From Crocinitomicaceae bacterium (GTDB taxonomy: Bacteria > Bacteroidota > Bacteroidia > Flavobacteriales_D > Crocinitomicaceae): a DNA stretch of 64,000 nt. Below the pieces are notes generated by a model, which was given only the letters and a program-made list of their open reading frames with translations, had not been told where the DNA came from and did no database searches. Both the position numbers and the translations under genes were made by a program. Positions 8,465 to 20,400 of this stretch are shown in pieces. How positions within the stretch are numbered: position 1 is the first letter of the stretch; each line of letters opens with the position of its first letter. Where the stretch lies: assembly GCA_020635955.1 (NCBI GenBank), contig JACJYW010000004.1:402702-466701 (forward strand). The letters run 5' to 3'.

Positions 8465-11089
8465 ATGAATTTTGATAAACTGACAACAAAATCGCAAGAA
8501 GTACTAAGACAAGCTCAAACCATCACAGAGGGTCTTGGTCAGCAAGCTATCGAACCGGGACATATGCTAAAAGCTATGATCTCTGAAGATAATAACGTTT
8601 TGCCGTTTCTTTTTAAAGAAGCTGGATTAGATCTTAATACAGTAAGCAGAACAGTAGATAGCATTGTTGAAGGATACCCTAAAGTGAGTGGTGGTCAGGT
8701 TTATCTTGGAAACAATACAAACAAATTATTTACAGAAGCCAATAAGATCGCTCAGGAATTCAAAGATGAATTTATATCAGTTGATGTGCTCTTCCTGGCA
8801 TTGCTTGAAGTCAATGATTCAATAGGTAAACTATTGAAGGATGTTGGTTTCAACGCGAAACAATTAAAAGAGGCTATTATGAAATTAAGAAATGGAGATT
8901 CAGTAAGCTCTCAAGGTCAGGAAGAAACCTATCAGGCTCTTTCTAAATACGCCAAGAACCTAAATGAAATGGCGGCTAATGGAAAACTTGATCCTGTAAT
9001 TGGACGTGATGATGAGATTAGACGTGTTCTTCAGATATTATCTCGTAGAACAAAGAATAACCCAATTCTAATTGGTGAACCAGGTGTTGGTAAAACAGCC
9101 ATTGCAGAAGGTATTGCCCATAGAATTGTAGCAGGTGACGTTCCTGATAATTTGAAAACCAGAAAAGTATTCTCATTAGACATGGGAGCTTTGGTTGCCG
9201 GCGCTAAATACAAAGGGGAATTCGAAGAGAGATTAAAATCTGTGGTACAGGAAGTGATCAAATCAGATGGAGAGATCATTCTTTTCATTGATGAGATCCA
9301 CACGCTTGTTGGTGCCGGAGGTGGAGGTGAAGGAGCAATGGATGCAGCTAACATACTTAAACCTGCATTGGCAAGAGGTGAGTTGAGAGCTGTTGGTGCA
9401 ACTACTTTGAACGAGTATCAGAAGTATTTTGAGAAAGACAAGGCACTGGTAAGACGATTCCAAACCGTTTTAATTGATGAACCATCTAGAGAAGATGCTA
9501 TATCCATCTTAAGAGGGATCAAAGATAAATACGAGACTTACCATAAAGTGTTGATCAAAGATGAAGCGATCATTGCGGCTGTTGAACTTTCACAACGATA
9601 TATCACTGAAAGACAGTTGCCGGATAAAGCAATTGACCTGATTGACGAAGCCGCATCTAAACTGAGAATGGAAATGAATTCCAAACCGGTGGAGTTGGAT
9701 GAGATCGACAGACGTATCATGCAATTAGAGATTGAGCGTGAAGCCATTAAACGTGAAAAGGATCAGAAGAAACTGGATTCCATTGAGTCTGAATTGGCTG
9801 AATTGAATGAGAAACGTACAGATTACATGGCCAAATGGCAAGCTGAAAAAGATGTGATCGAAGGTATTCAAAAAGCCAATGAAGAGATTGAAAACCTAAA
9901 ATTGGAAGCTGAAAGAGCCGAGAGAGAGGGTAACTACGAAAAAGTAGCAGAGATTAGATACGGCAGATTGAAAGAACTTGAAGACAAGATCGTGCACCTG
10001 AAATCTGAATTGGTAGAAGTTCAAAAGAACTCTAAGACCATAAAAGAAGAAGTGGATGCCGAAGAAATTGCTGAAGTTGTGTCAAAATGGACGGGGATTC
10101 CTGTTTCTAAAATGGTGGAAAGTGAAAGAGAGAAGTTATTAAAACTTGAAGAGGAACTTGGAAAACGAGTGGTTGGACAAAAAGATGCAGTTATTGCTGT
10201 GTCTGATGCCATCAGACGTTCAAGAGCTGGATTACAGGATGAGAAAAAACCGATTGGTTCATTCATATTCCTTGGGACTACCGGTGTAGGTAAAACTGAG
10301 TTGGCTAAAGCCTTAGCAGATTATCTGTTTAATGACGAGAATGCCATGACCCGAATTGATATGAGTGAATATCAGGAGAAACATTCAGTTTCCAGATTAG
10401 TGGGAGCTCCTCCGGGATATGTTGGATATGATGAAGGGGGTCAATTAACCGAAGCGGTGAGAAGAAGACCTTACTCCATTGTTTTGATGGATGAGATCGA
10501 GAAAGCGCATCCGGATGTATTTAACATCTTGCTGCAAGTGTTGGATGATGGACGTTTGACTGATAATAAAGGAAGAACGGTAAACTTCAAGAACACCATA
10601 ATCATAATGACCTCAAACCTTGGTTCTGGAATTATCCAAGAACGCTTTGAGCATCTCACAGACAAAAATAAGGATGAGATCATTGAACAAACCAAGAAAG
10701 AAGTGTTTGATATGTTGAGAAAAACCATCAGACCAGAGTTTTTGAACAGAATTGATGAAACGATCATGTTCCAGCCATTAACGAGAGAAGATGTGTTGAA
10801 TATTGTGAAGATCCAATTCAGTATTCTGAAGAAACGATTGGCTGAAAAGGATATCAGTATTGAAGCAACGGATGAAGCATTAGAATGGTTAGCGTTGGAA
10901 GGATACGATCCACAATTTGGTGCAAGACCTGTTAAGCGTGTAATGCAAAGAGATCTATTGAATAAATTATCGAAAGAACTGCTTGCAGGTACCATTGGTG
11001 CTGATAGTCATATTCTACTCGACTTGAAGGATGGAGAACTTGCTTTCAAGAACAATGGAGCAAAAGTTGCTGATCCAACATTGAATTAA
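8465..11089 (+). CDS. clpB: Chaperone ClpB
   Basis: Two AAA+ modules ([16 protein letters not shown]), coiled-coil middle domain, GAPPGYVGY. Confidence 0.97.
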   Translation: MNFDKLTTKSQEVLRQAQTITEGLGQQAIEPGHMLKAMISEDNNVLPFLFKEAGLDLNTVSRTVDSIVEGYPKVSGGQVYLGNNTNKLFTEANKIAQEFKDEFISVDVLFLALLEVNDSIGKLLKDVGFNAKQLKEAIMKLRNGDSVSSQGQEETYQALSKYAKNLNEMAANGKLDPVIGRDDEIRRVLQILSRRTKNNPILIGEPGVGKTAIAEGIAHRIVAGDVPDNLKTRKVFSLDMGALVAGAKYKGEFEERLKSVVQEVIKSDGEIILFIDEIHTLVGAGGGGEGAMDAANILKPALARGELRAVGATTLNEYQKYFEKDKALVRRFQTVLIDEPSREDAISILRGIKDKYETYHKVLIKDEAIIAAVELSQRYITERQLPDKAIDLIDEAASKLRMEMNSKPVELDEIDRRIMQLEIEREAIKREKDQKKLDSIESELAELNEKRTDYMAKWQAEKDVIEGIQKANEEIENLKLEAERAEREGNYEKVAEIRYGRLKELEDKIVHLKSELVEVQKNSKTIKEEVDAEEIAEVVSKWTGIPVSKMVESEREKLLKLEEELGKRVVGQKDAVIAVSDAIRRSRAGLQDEKKPIGSFIFLGTTGVGKTELAKALADYLFNDENAMTRIDMSEYQEKHSVSRLVGAPPGYVGYDEGGQLTEAVRRRPYSIVLMDEIEKAHPDVFNILLQVLDDGRLTDNKGRTVNFKNTIIIMTSNLGSGIIQERFEHLTDKNKDEIIEQTKKEVFDMLRKTIRPEFLNRIDETIMFQPLTREDVLNIVKIQFSILKKRLAEKDISIEATDEALEWLALEGYDPQFGARPVKRVMQRDLLNKLSKELLAGTIGADSHILLDLKDGELAFKNNGAKVADPTLN

Positions 11090-11107
11090 TTAAAGTGCAG
11101 GATTACC

Positions 11108-11150
11108 AAAAAAGAGAAAGCCTTCTGAAAATTCAGAAGGCTTTCTTTTT
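11108..11150. terminator. Bidirectional intrinsic terminator
   Basis: AGAAAGCCTTCTGAA-AA-TTCAGAAGGCTTTCT with A and T runs on either side, between convergent genes. Confidence 0.85.
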
Positions 11151-11166
11151 GTATTTAGATCTTTGA

Positions 11167-11334
11167 TTATCGTTTTGATTGAACCAAAGCTTTTACTAGT
11201 TCTACTTTCTTATTATGATCAGCTTTATACTTAGTATAATCTGACTTATTATAAGCGTCACAAACGCCATGTCCACAACTTGTCATCCCTAATGCGAATA
11301 CCCCTAGTATTCCAGCCAACATTACCTTTTTCAT
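11167..11334 (-). CDS. Small lipoprotein (55 aa), paralog of 11533-11703
   Basis: Not in the ORF track. Hand translation: MKKVMLAGILGVFALGMTSCGHGVCDAYNKSDYTKYKADHNKKVELVKALVQSKR. Confidence 0.85.
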   Translation of the reverse strand: MKKVMLAGILGVFALGMTSCGHGVCDAYNKSDYTKYKADHNKKVELVKALVQSKR

Positions 11335-11480
11335 TTTTCGAGTTTTTATTCCCCGAAAATAACGGGGCGAGTTTTATAAAGTTTTTGCATTTCAAAAAGC
11401 ACAATTACCTTGCCAACTTTTTGAGTACAACAAAATAGAGAATAAACTTAAACGAGTCAAGAGTGGGGATACAGAAAAAC

Positions 11481-11513
11481 AAAAAACCCTTCCAGCAAGC
11501 TGAAAGGGTTTTT
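11481..11513 (-). terminator. Intrinsic terminator
   Basis: AAAAAACCCTTCCAGC-AA-GCTGAAAGGGTTTTT, downstream of the 11533 gene. Confidence 0.75.
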
Positions 11514-11532
11514 ACCTGATCTTTTACAGATC

Positions 11533-11703
11533 TTATTTTTGTGCTTCAATCAATGATTGAACCAATTCAATCTTTTTGTTGTGATCAGCTTTGTATTTTG
11601 TGTAATCAGCTGATCTGTACGCATCACACGTATGTCCAGCACCACAACTACCCATTCCAAGGGCAAAAATTCCGAATAATCCTGCAAACAATAATTTTCT
11701 CAT
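11533..11703 (-). CDS. Small lipoprotein (56 aa)
   Basis: MRKLLFAGLFGIFALGMGSCGAGHTCDAYRSADYTKYKADHNKKIELVQSLIEAQK; start re-called to the ATG at 11703 by alignment to its paralog. Confidence 0.85.
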   Translation of the reverse strand: MRKLLFAGLFGIFALGMGSCGAGHTCDAYRSADYTKYKADHNKKIELVQSLIEAQK

Positions 11704-11867
11704 CTTAAAGGTCTTTTTTGGTTTTATAATCTTTGTCTTTGGCGTTGACAAAGATTGCCCTGTCAACATAACAGTCACGAAAATAGGGAAAAAATATTGT
11801 GCTGTCAAATCAAATGTGCCTGAAAATCAACAGAAAGATTTTAACAATTACCTCTTAACTCAGGTTT

Positions 11868-12806
11868 TTAGTGGTATAGAGCTGTGAATTTCTCGAGTAA
11901 AACTTTACTCAATTTATAGTAAGATTCTTTAGTCCAACCACCAACATGAGGCGATAAAATGACTTTTTTTGATTCTAAAAGCTTAGAAAAAACATCCGGC
12001 ATGTCTCCATCAAACATATTTTCGAAGCTCGATTTTTCAAATTCAAGAACATCCAGACAAGCTCCAAGAACTTTACCAGAATCAATTCCAACCAATAGAT
12101 CTTCCGTTTTAACGATCTTCCCTCTTGACAAATTGATCAAATAAAAAGGTTGAACAACATTATTGATAAACGCCTGATCAACCATCCACATAGTTTCTTC
12201 ATTTTGAGGAATATGCAAACTGATCACATCAGATCTATCCATTAATGTACGAAGATCAACTTCTTGTACACCGTCATTGCCAAAGCCACTTTTATATTTA
12301 TCATAGGCCAGCACTTCAACGTCAAATCCCTTTAACTTTTTAGCAAAAGCCGATCCGTTATTACCGTAGCCAATAATACCGACAACTTTTCCGTCCAGTT
12401 CAACTCCCCTATTCCCTTCTCTATCCCATTTTCCTGATCTTACTTCAGCATCAGCAGTATGTAAATGATTAAATAGAGATAAAAGCATTCCCAGTGCATG
12501 CTCTGCCACTGCATTTCTATTTCCTTCAGGCGCATTGATCAATTCAATTCCTCTTGATTCACAATAAGGAACATCAATATTCTCCATTCCTGCACCTGAA
12601 CGACAAATGAATTTAAGGGCGGTAGCTTTAGAAAGAAATCCCTCATTCATAGGAAAGCGTGAACGTACCACAACCCCTTCAAAATCCTTAATACGCTCTT
12701 TGATCTCAGATTCTGGCGTTTGGATGAGATCAACACACTCATGACCTAAAGAAGTCATTCCTTCTTCCAGCACTTCATGAACTGTATCTAAAAAAGCTAT
12801 TTTCAT
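11868..12806 (-). CDS. D-2-hydroxyacid dehydrogenase (SerA-like)
   Basis: GAGMENID, NAVAEH, GIIGYGNNG, INLSRG, SPHVGG. Confidence 0.88.
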   Translation of the reverse strand: MKIAFLDTVHEVLEEGMTSLGHECVDLIQTPESEIKERIKDFEGVVVRSRFPMNEGFLSKATALKFICRSGAGMENIDVPYCESRGIELINAPEGNRNAVAEHALGMLLSLFNHLHTADAEVRSGKWDREGNRGVELDGKVVGIIGYGNNGSAFAKKLKGFDVEVLAYDKYKSGFGNDGVQEVDLRTLMDRSDVISLHIPQNEETMWMVDQAFINNVVQPFYLINLSRGKIVKTEDLLVGIDSGKVLGACLDVLEFEKSSFENMFDGDMPDVFSKLLESKKVILSPHVGGWTKESYYKLSKVLLEKFTALYH

Positions 12807-12836
12807 TTGTGTGTCAATTACACACAAAATTGCGCT

Positions 12837-14447
12837 TTATTTCTTAATAAACTGGTAGTGCGTATAATATTTACCGTTGAACAAACGCAAGATATATTGG
12901 CCCTTAGCAAGATCTTCAACAGACAATTCAGTTGTATAAGATCCTTCTTCTAATTTTTCAGATTGCGTGTCTTTAACTTGCTTACCACTTGAATCTAAGA
13001 TCACCATAGTCACTTCAGCAAATTCCGGTACATAATATTCTACCGATATCTTGTCTTTGGCTGGGTTTGGATAAACTCTCTCACTGAATACTTCCTTATC
13101 ACCTACAAGTATTTCTGTTGAACCGGCAATTGATTTATTGATGAATACTTTAAAGATCACATTGCTGGCAAAACTTTGCGAACCATCATTGACAAAGAAG
13201 ATATTTTCACCAGAACTTTCAATTCCACCATATATATAACCAATCAATGTTTTCTCGTTAGGAATTGAATTTAAATCTATGATGTCTTCATCTATCAAAT
13301 ACTCGCCTGTTGGAATAAATTCAGCTCCGGGTCCCACCAAAGCAGGCATTTCAATGTAATCCAACGCCACCTCTTGCATTGAACCATCTGAAAGTCGGGT
13401 AACTTTACTGATCGTCTTCACAAAAGGAACCTCAGTATCCTCTATTAATGTTCCGGTTTGATCAAAATGAAATTGGCTTAATCCACCAAAGAACATAGTG
13501 TGTTGACACATAGCCAAACTATCATAAAGAGGCACTTTTGCAGAGTGATATTGACTCAATAATTGATTGAAGGTGTTGTTTACAGCATATGTAGACCCAG
13601 TGATATCCACTGTATTCAAATAAGGCATATCATTGTAATCGAACACCCCTGAAAAAGCAGTAAATCCTATATCACCATTTGGAAAGATCTGTTTGGCCAT
13701 ATTATAATCTCTTCTGTGAAGATTAATGGTATCAACTACTTCATTATAATCAGTTACTGACATATTCACCCCATCATCTGCAATTTTGAAAGTGGCAATG
13801 GCACTTGCATACACTTGTGTAAATCCAGGTCCATGGTCAGGTCCTTGTGGATTATAAGCTCCATCAAACAATTGACCGCCCACCAGGTAGAAAGTATCAC
13901 CAATTGTCCCCAATTGGCCACCTGTATTTTTAAGATTTGTATCGGTGATCTGTCTGAAAAAAGGAGTGATATCTGCACTATTGATCACAGCATCTGCCAG
14001 ACCATTCAGATCTATGGCAGCTAGATTAGGATAAGTGATATGATCTGCAGCTATGGAACTATATCCATAACCTCCAATTATGTACAAGGTAGTATCCACC
14101 TGCCTGAAGTTTTGATTGGTAGATTGGATTTGCTCGTAAAGATTTGTACTTAAAACTGAAATGGAAGATGACCAGACTTGTCCTGCCACCGGATCGATCA
14201 CAAATACATTCTTATTGTTGTCTTGTTCAAGGAATGCTGCAAATGGCTGCCTTTGATGTAAACCATCAACACGCCCACCAAGGATCACCCATTTTCCATC
14301 TGAGGTTTTACCCCATGAGAAAGAATGAACACCCGGAGCATTGGTAATTTCCATAGGTTCCAATTCAATTGCAAAATTCTCAGGATCTGATTGAGCAACA
14401 CCTGCAAACAGGCTGCTTGCAAAAATTGTTGTAAGTAGTAAACGCAT
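12837..14447 (-). CDS. T9SS type A sorting domain protein
   Basis: Signal peptide; C-terminal VYPNPA...LAKGQYILR...FIKK. Confidence 0.85.
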   Translation of the reverse strand: MRLLLTTIFASSLFAGVAQSDPENFAIELEPMEITNAPGVHSFSWGKTSDGKWVILGGRVDGLHQRQPFAAFLEQDNNKNVFVIDPVAGQVWSSSISVLSTNLYEQIQSTNQNFRQVDTTLYIIGGYGYSSIAADHITYPNLAAIDLNGLADAVINSADITPFFRQITDTNLKNTGGQLGTIGDTFYLVGGQLFDGAYNPQGPDHGPGFTQVYASAIATFKIADDGVNMSVTDYNEVVDTINLHRRDYNMAKQIFPNGDIGFTAFSGVFDYNDMPYLNTVDITGSTYAVNNTFNQLLSQYHSAKVPLYDSLAMCQHTMFFGGLSQFHFDQTGTLIEDTEVPFVKTISKVTRLSDGSMQEVALDYIEMPALVGPGAEFIPTGEYLIDEDIIDLNSIPNEKTLIGYIYGGIESSGENIFFVNDGSQSFASNVIFKVFINKSIAGSTEILVGDKEVFSERVYPNPAKDKISVEYYVPEFAEVTMVILDSSGKQVKDTQSEKLEEGSYTTELSVEDLAKGQYILRLFNGKYYTHYQFIKK

Positions 14448-14504
14448 GAGTATAATATTTTCACGCAATTTACTTTGTTAGCTGATAACAAAAGGTGACG
14501 AAGG

Positions 14505-15857
14505 TCACAAATACATAAAATAAGCTACCATGAAGTAAATGGTCAAACCTATGATATCATTGGCTGTAGTAATAAAAGGACCTGTTGCCAGGGCCGGATC
14601 AATATTGACTTTATCTAACAACAGGGGTACCAATGCACCTAGAATAGCCGCACAAATAACAACCACAAATAGCGAAATAGAGATGGTTAGGCCTAATAAA
14701 TACTCTCCTCCAACAGCCAAATTGATCCCAAAGATCACCACAGAACAGATCAAACCGATCAACATCCCAACTAAAGTTTCTTTACCTATTTGTTTGAATA
14801 TACCCGAGAATTGAAAATTCTTTGAAGCCAAACCCTGCACAATAATGGCCGAAGACTGAACCCCAACATTACCTGCCGTTGCTACTATAAGTGGAATAAA
14901 AAATGCCAAAGAAGGATTAACATCAATCTGACCCTCATATCCTCTAATGATCTGAGAAGCTGCAACTCCACCAGCCAATCCAATCAGAATCCATGGTAAA
15001 CGAGATCGGGTATTCTTTAAAACCCCCGAAGTGGATTCAACATTTTCAGAGATACCGGATGCCATTTGAAAATCCTTCTCCGCCTCTTCCTTGATCACAT
15101 CCACTACGTCGTCAATGGTGATACGACCTACTAGTTTTTCTTGTCTATCTACTACAGGAATAGAAACAAGGTCATACTTCTCCATCATTTCAGCAACTTC
15201 CTCAGCTTTCTCATGTGTTTTAACAAAATGAAGTTTCTCTTTATTATAGAGTTCCTCAATTTTTGTTTTCGGCTCTGCAAAAAGCAAACTTTTTAATGAA
15301 AGTATCCCCAGTAATCGATCATCTTTATCTACCACATAAATGGAATAAACACGCTCAACATCCTCTGCCTGCCTTCTCAATTCAATAACACATCTATCTA
15401 CAGCCCAATGTGCTTTAGCCTTGATGTATTCTTTGTGCATCAAACCTCCGGCAGTATCTTCATCATACTTTAAGAGATCGGTAATTTCAGATGCGTGCTC
15501 CTGGTCTTCTAATTTGGAAATGATCTCATCTTTCTCCTCCTCTTCCATTTCCCCCAAAAGATCCGCCGCGTCATCTGTCTCAAGATTATCAACCTGCTCA
15601 ACAATTTCCTCAGTAGAAAGGAGTTTCATGAACCTGTCCCGATAATCTTCATCAAAATTCATCAGCACTTCTGCCGACACTTCTTTATCTAACAAGTCAA
15701 AAATGAATTTTGATTCGTTTGGAACCAATGCCTCTAGAATATCAGAAATATCGGCCGGATGAAGATCTTGCAATTCTTCCATAATGGCCATAGAATCGCC
15801 ACTCTCCACCATTAGCTGGAGTCTGTCTGCAAATTCTTTGGTTAATTCCATTTTCAT
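14505..15857 (-). CDS. mgtE: Magnesium transporter MgtE
   Basis: DTAGGLM, CBS pair, RLPW, AGNVGVQS, DPALATGPFITTAND. Confidence 0.96.
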   Translation of the reverse strand: MKMELTKEFADRLQLMVESGDSMAIMEELQDLHPADISDILEALVPNESKFIFDLLDKEVSAEVLMNFDEDYRDRFMKLLSTEEIVEQVDNLETDDAADLLGEMEEEEKDEIISKLEDQEHASEITDLLKYDEDTAGGLMHKEYIKAKAHWAVDRCVIELRRQAEDVERVYSIYVVDKDDRLLGILSLKSLLFAEPKTKIEELYNKEKLHFVKTHEKAEEVAEMMEKYDLVSIPVVDRQEKLVGRITIDDVVDVIKEEAEKDFQMASGISENVESTSGVLKNTRSRLPWILIGLAGGVAASQIIRGYEGQIDVNPSLAFFIPLIVATAGNVGVQSSAIIVQGLASKNFQFSGIFKQIGKETLVGMLIGLICSVVIFGINLAVGGEYLLGLTISISLFVVVICAAILGALVPLLLDKVNIDPALATGPFITTANDIIGLTIYFMVAYFMYL

Positions 15858-16037
15858 GATTGAAGAATCTTTAAATCAAATCTGGCACAAAGATAGCCTC
15901 TTTTTGTTACCTGAATGTTATACGACAAATGAAGTGATTGGTTGTACAATCAACCATTTTCAGTACCTTACGTTTATAATTCAAAAAGAATTAAAACTTT
16001 TTTTATTCAAATAGTCATTTAACGGCATTCTAATACC

Positions 16038-17468
16038 ATGAAACAGTTGTTGCTTCTATCGATACTACTATCTAGCGTAATAAGTAATTCTCAAACGACA
16101 CATCAGGTTTGCGTTGAAGATCCTCCTTCTACAACCTGCCCAGGCAAAACGGGTACTTTTACACCTGGAAATCTTGTTATTCAACAAGGTGACATGATCG
16201 AATTTACAACAACAACAGTACTTTTAGGTGGTTACACAGGTACTTATCATAATATTGAATTCACTGGCTCATCTGCAAATAACGTGGATCTGTTTGTTTC
16301 GAGTACTGTATTTCCTCCTTCTGCTCAAGTAACTTCTATTACTACGCCTCCTTTTAATACCCCTGGGGTGTTTCCTATGGAATGCACCAATTTTGCCCAT
16401 TGTTTGTTATCTGAGTACCCATGTACAGGATATACTGTGACAGTTTTGGCATCATGTACTGTTAATGCTGATTTCACTGCTTCTGCTACTGATATATGTA
16501 GTGGAACGACTGTCAATTTCACGAATACTTCTACAGGAGCAGTTTCTTATACCTGGAAGATCAATGAATTTCCGTTTTCAACCAGTACCAATGCCGTTCA
16601 AAATTTTGGAGCTTCAGGATCATTTGATATCGAGCTAATTGCCAATGATGGTGCAGGATGTCTTGATTCTACCACTGTAACGATAAACGTTACTCAGGCT
16701 GCCAATGCTGGTACGGATGAATCTAACACATTTTGTAATGTCAATGATTCAATCAATTTAAACACTATGGTAACGGGTGATGCAGGTGGTAGTTGGAATG
16801 AAACAACATCTTCAGGTCAATTCAATAACACCACAGGGTATTTCAATTATACCGGATTAACTGCCGGAGATTATGACTTTGATCATGTAATTCTGGGAAC
16901 AGGCGTTTGTCCTAATGACACTGCAACCATGACTATTACAGTGAATCAAGAACCAGGATTAACATTGAATGTGACCAATACGAACCTTGCAACTTCTGAC
17001 TCGGCTTATATTGACTTTACACCAAATGGAGTTTTACCAGGAGCTAATTGGTTGTGGAATTTCTGTGATGGCAATTTTGATAACCCTCAAACACCTTTTT
17101 ACTATTCATGGGGTTCAGGAGGAGATTTTTGTGTTTGCGTAGAGATCAATAACTACAACGGATGTACGCAAGTATTTTGTGATAGCTCAATCACCGTTTG
17201 GGATGATGCCGGAACAAATGAATTAAATGCATTGGAATTCAATATTTATCCAAATCCAGCTGATGGGGCGTTCACCATTGATCTAACCAAAATTACAGGA
17301 AAGGTGGAGATTAAAATGTACGACATGGCTCAACGTTTGGTGTATACTGAAACAACGTCAGGAGGAGGCAATGTATTTGTAGACGCCAAGGAAATGGCTA
17401 CAGGAAGATATTTCATTGAGATCACAGCAATGGATCAACGCAACACTATTCCGGTGGTGCTTAAATAA
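16038..17468 (+). CDS. T9SS cargo protein with cupredoxin-like N-domain and PKD-like domains
   Basis: FTPGNLVIQQGD..HN..PGVFPMEC..H; NADFTAS..VNFTNTS..YTW; C-terminal IYPNPA. Confidence 0.75.
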   Translation: MKQLLLLSILLSSVISNSQTTHQVCVEDPPSTTCPGKTGTFTPGNLVIQQGDMIEFTTTTVLLGGYTGTYHNIEFTGSSANNVDLFVSSTVFPPSAQVTSITTPPFNTPGVFPMECTNFAHCLLSEYPCTGYTVTVLASCTVNADFTASATDICSGTTVNFTNTSTGAVSYTWKINEFPFSTSTNAVQNFGASGSFDIELIANDGAGCLDSTTVTINVTQAANAGTDESNTFCNVNDSINLNTMVTGDAGGSWNETTSSGQFNNTTGYFNYTGLTAGDYDFDHVILGTGVCPNDTATMTITVNQEPGLTLNVTNTNLATSDSAYIDFTPNGVLPGANWLWNFCDGNFDNPQTPFYYSWGSGGDFCVCVEINNYNGCTQVFCDSSITVWDDAGTNELNALEFNIYPNPADGAFTIDLTKITGKVEIKMYDMAQRLVYTETTSGGGNVFVDAKEMATGRYFIEITAMDQRNTIPVVLK

Positions 17469-20400
17469 ATCCGTTGGCCATAAACAACTGGATCTTTTGA
17501 TTGTTGTTACCCACAACAATTCCCAGTTTACCTTGTTTACCCAATTTGATCAACTTCAGTGATTTGGCATTGTGTGGAGCAAAGAAACCTGATGTTGTTG
17601 GTTGAATATATTCAAAACTACCATCCTCTTTTTGAATCATCATGATCCCGCAATTCGCATCATAACGAGTAGTTTCAACCTCTGCATTGAATCTGTTACC
17701 CACAGCTAAAATGTCCAGTTTACCATCCTGATTGATATCATAGGTCACAATATCATTAATGAAAGAAAATTGTGCCTCATCCGGAAAGGGTTCAAATTGG
17801 AAACCTTGCTTGCCATGATTATACAGAATACCACTTCTAAACTCTGTCGCCGTATAATGAAGCGCTTTATCTAACTTTTCTTTCGGATAGATATCCTCTA
17901 GATCAGAGTGAGCAAATTCAAAGTAGGTAGGGAATTTATCATTGATAAAAGGCATTTGTCCACTGCTACACTCTTTTCCTCTAACCGGTTTGTGGTGACC
18001 TTGTTTTGTAAAAGCCAGAACAATATCCAACGTTCCATTGCCATCAAAATCATTCGCATATATATCTAGTGGACGGTATTTAGAAGCATTGAACTTATTG
18101 TTCATTCCAGCATTTCCAAGCAGGTAATCATCATCACCATCTCCATCAATATCAACAGCATCTATGCATGACCACCATCCCGGATAATCCAGTGAAGTTG
18201 GCATTTTAATAAAACCTCCACCTTTATTTTCGAAGACGGTAATATTCATCCACTCCCCTACTAAAATAATGTCCAGATCCCCATCCATATCAACATCTGT
18301 GAAAGCTCCGTCATTCACCATTCCTGTATACTCCATTTGAGGCGCTAATTCTTTTGTTTTATCTCTGAAGAACCCTTTTTCATTCACATAGAGTTTGGTT
18401 TTACCTCCATAAGGATATTTCATAGGATGAGCGTCTCCGCATACGATAAAATCAAGATCACCATCCTTATCAAAATCACCTGGGATCAATTCGCCTGAGT
18501 TGATCTTATCTGATGGCATGGCATTATTCACCAAACCAAACATTCCTAAGCCATTTCCTATATAGAATCGGTTTTCAAGCGCAGTATCACCTTCTTCAAA
18601 CTGATATCCACCCGAAGACATCATCACATCCAATTTCTTGTCACCATTTACATCAAAAAGTTCAATATCCCCTTCTTCAGAAGTTTGGTGATTATAGAAT
18701 GATGGAGACACCATCTTTTTAAAGGTACCATTCGCATTTTGCAACATGATGATTGGAATATTCATGAAAGCTGATGAAACAATAAAATCTTCAAAGCCAT
18801 TATTATCGATATCCCCTACAGCAATTTTAGGGCCTTTTGTGCTCATCATATGAGGTAATAAGCTCTCTTTTTCAAAATCATTGAACTTATTATCGACATA
18901 AGCTATATCTAATTTGAATTGATCGGTCACTTCTTTGAAATAGGCCATTGGAGGAGCAATTCTTTCATGCACTTCTTCAAATATTCCAAATGTTGAATCA
19001 AGTCCTAATGAAATACTAGCAACCATTTGGCTGGGCATAGAATCAAATGTTTTTATGAAAGTTCTCCCGTCCTGAGTTTTGATTTTAAGTGATCGGAAAG
19101 AGTCGTTTGCCGGAGCATAAAAAATGATCTTTTTCTCCATGGTAGATTGGTAACCACGAACAAAATAAGCTTCTTTGGTTTGAACTACGTTACTGGAATG
19201 AGCCTCAAAGATCAACCCAGCTAATTGGGCCTGCGGCATTTTATTTAATCCAATTTTTAACACCTGCCCCTCTGGCTTACCCGTGTTTTCGTAAATAGAA
19301 GCCAGGGTATCCACATTGTTTAGAATCAGGTCAAGGTCTCCATCTCCATCAAGATCAGCATAAGCAGCTCCATTTGAATTCAACTTCTCATCTACTCCCC
19401 ACTCGGCTCTTTTGTCTTCAAATTTCAAATGGCCGGTATTTCTGAAAAAGAAGTTCTCTATTTTAACAGATGGAATGAGATCCAGAAATTCCTGAATACT
19501 TAACTCACCCTTCTTTTCTTTAGCATCTTCAAGCATTTTACCAATGTCATTGTTCTTGGTATCTCGCTTGTAGCCATTGGTAATGAAGAGATCCTGAAAA
19601 CCATCCATATCCATATCCAAAAACAATGGCGCCCAACTCCAATCTGTTTTAGCCACTCCCGCAAATTGAGCTATTTCCTGAAAAGTACCCATACCTGTAT
19701 TCAGATGCAACATGTTATGCATGTACTGATATCCCCATCCCAACTGAACTCTGGCAAAGAATTTTTCAGGATTCATAGAAGCCATGTTCATTTTTGAGCG
19801 CTCATGTTGTTCAAAGGCCATGTCTACCGAGATGTAATCCATCAAACCATCATTATTAAAGTCACCCACGTCATTCCCCATGGAGTAATTTGTGGTGTGC
19901 TTGAAATAATTCAGGTTCTCATCTTTAAAGGTGTTGTTTTGCTGGTTCACGAATAAATGATCTGGTTCATCAAAGTCGTTACAAACTATGATATCCGGAT
20001 AATGATCACCATTGATATCAGTAATGGCCAAGCCTAATCCATATCCATATTCAACGATATTGGCCTGACGTGTAATATCCACATATTTTCCTCCAACATT
20101 TTCAAGTAAGATATCACTCTCCACCTGCCCTGACTGAATTTCACGGATAGCATCCTGAAAACTTACTTTGTGCTTAAATTTTCCCGGATGCCCCATTACA
20201 TAAAGATCAAGATCACCATCTAAGTCTATATCCAAAGGTGCCGCCTGAGTGTGATGTCCGGATAGATCCAAGCCATACAAAGCAGCTTGTTCTTTAAAAG
20301 TTCCATCCTTTTGATTGACATACAAAACATTCTTTAATTCAATAGCATTCTGTGATGGTCCGGATCGACAAACATAAATATCATCCCAACCATCTGCATT

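Noticed and set aside
9031..10995. Antisense ORFs inside clpB (and similar shadows elsewhere)
   Set aside because: Reverse-frame shadows of well-supported genes
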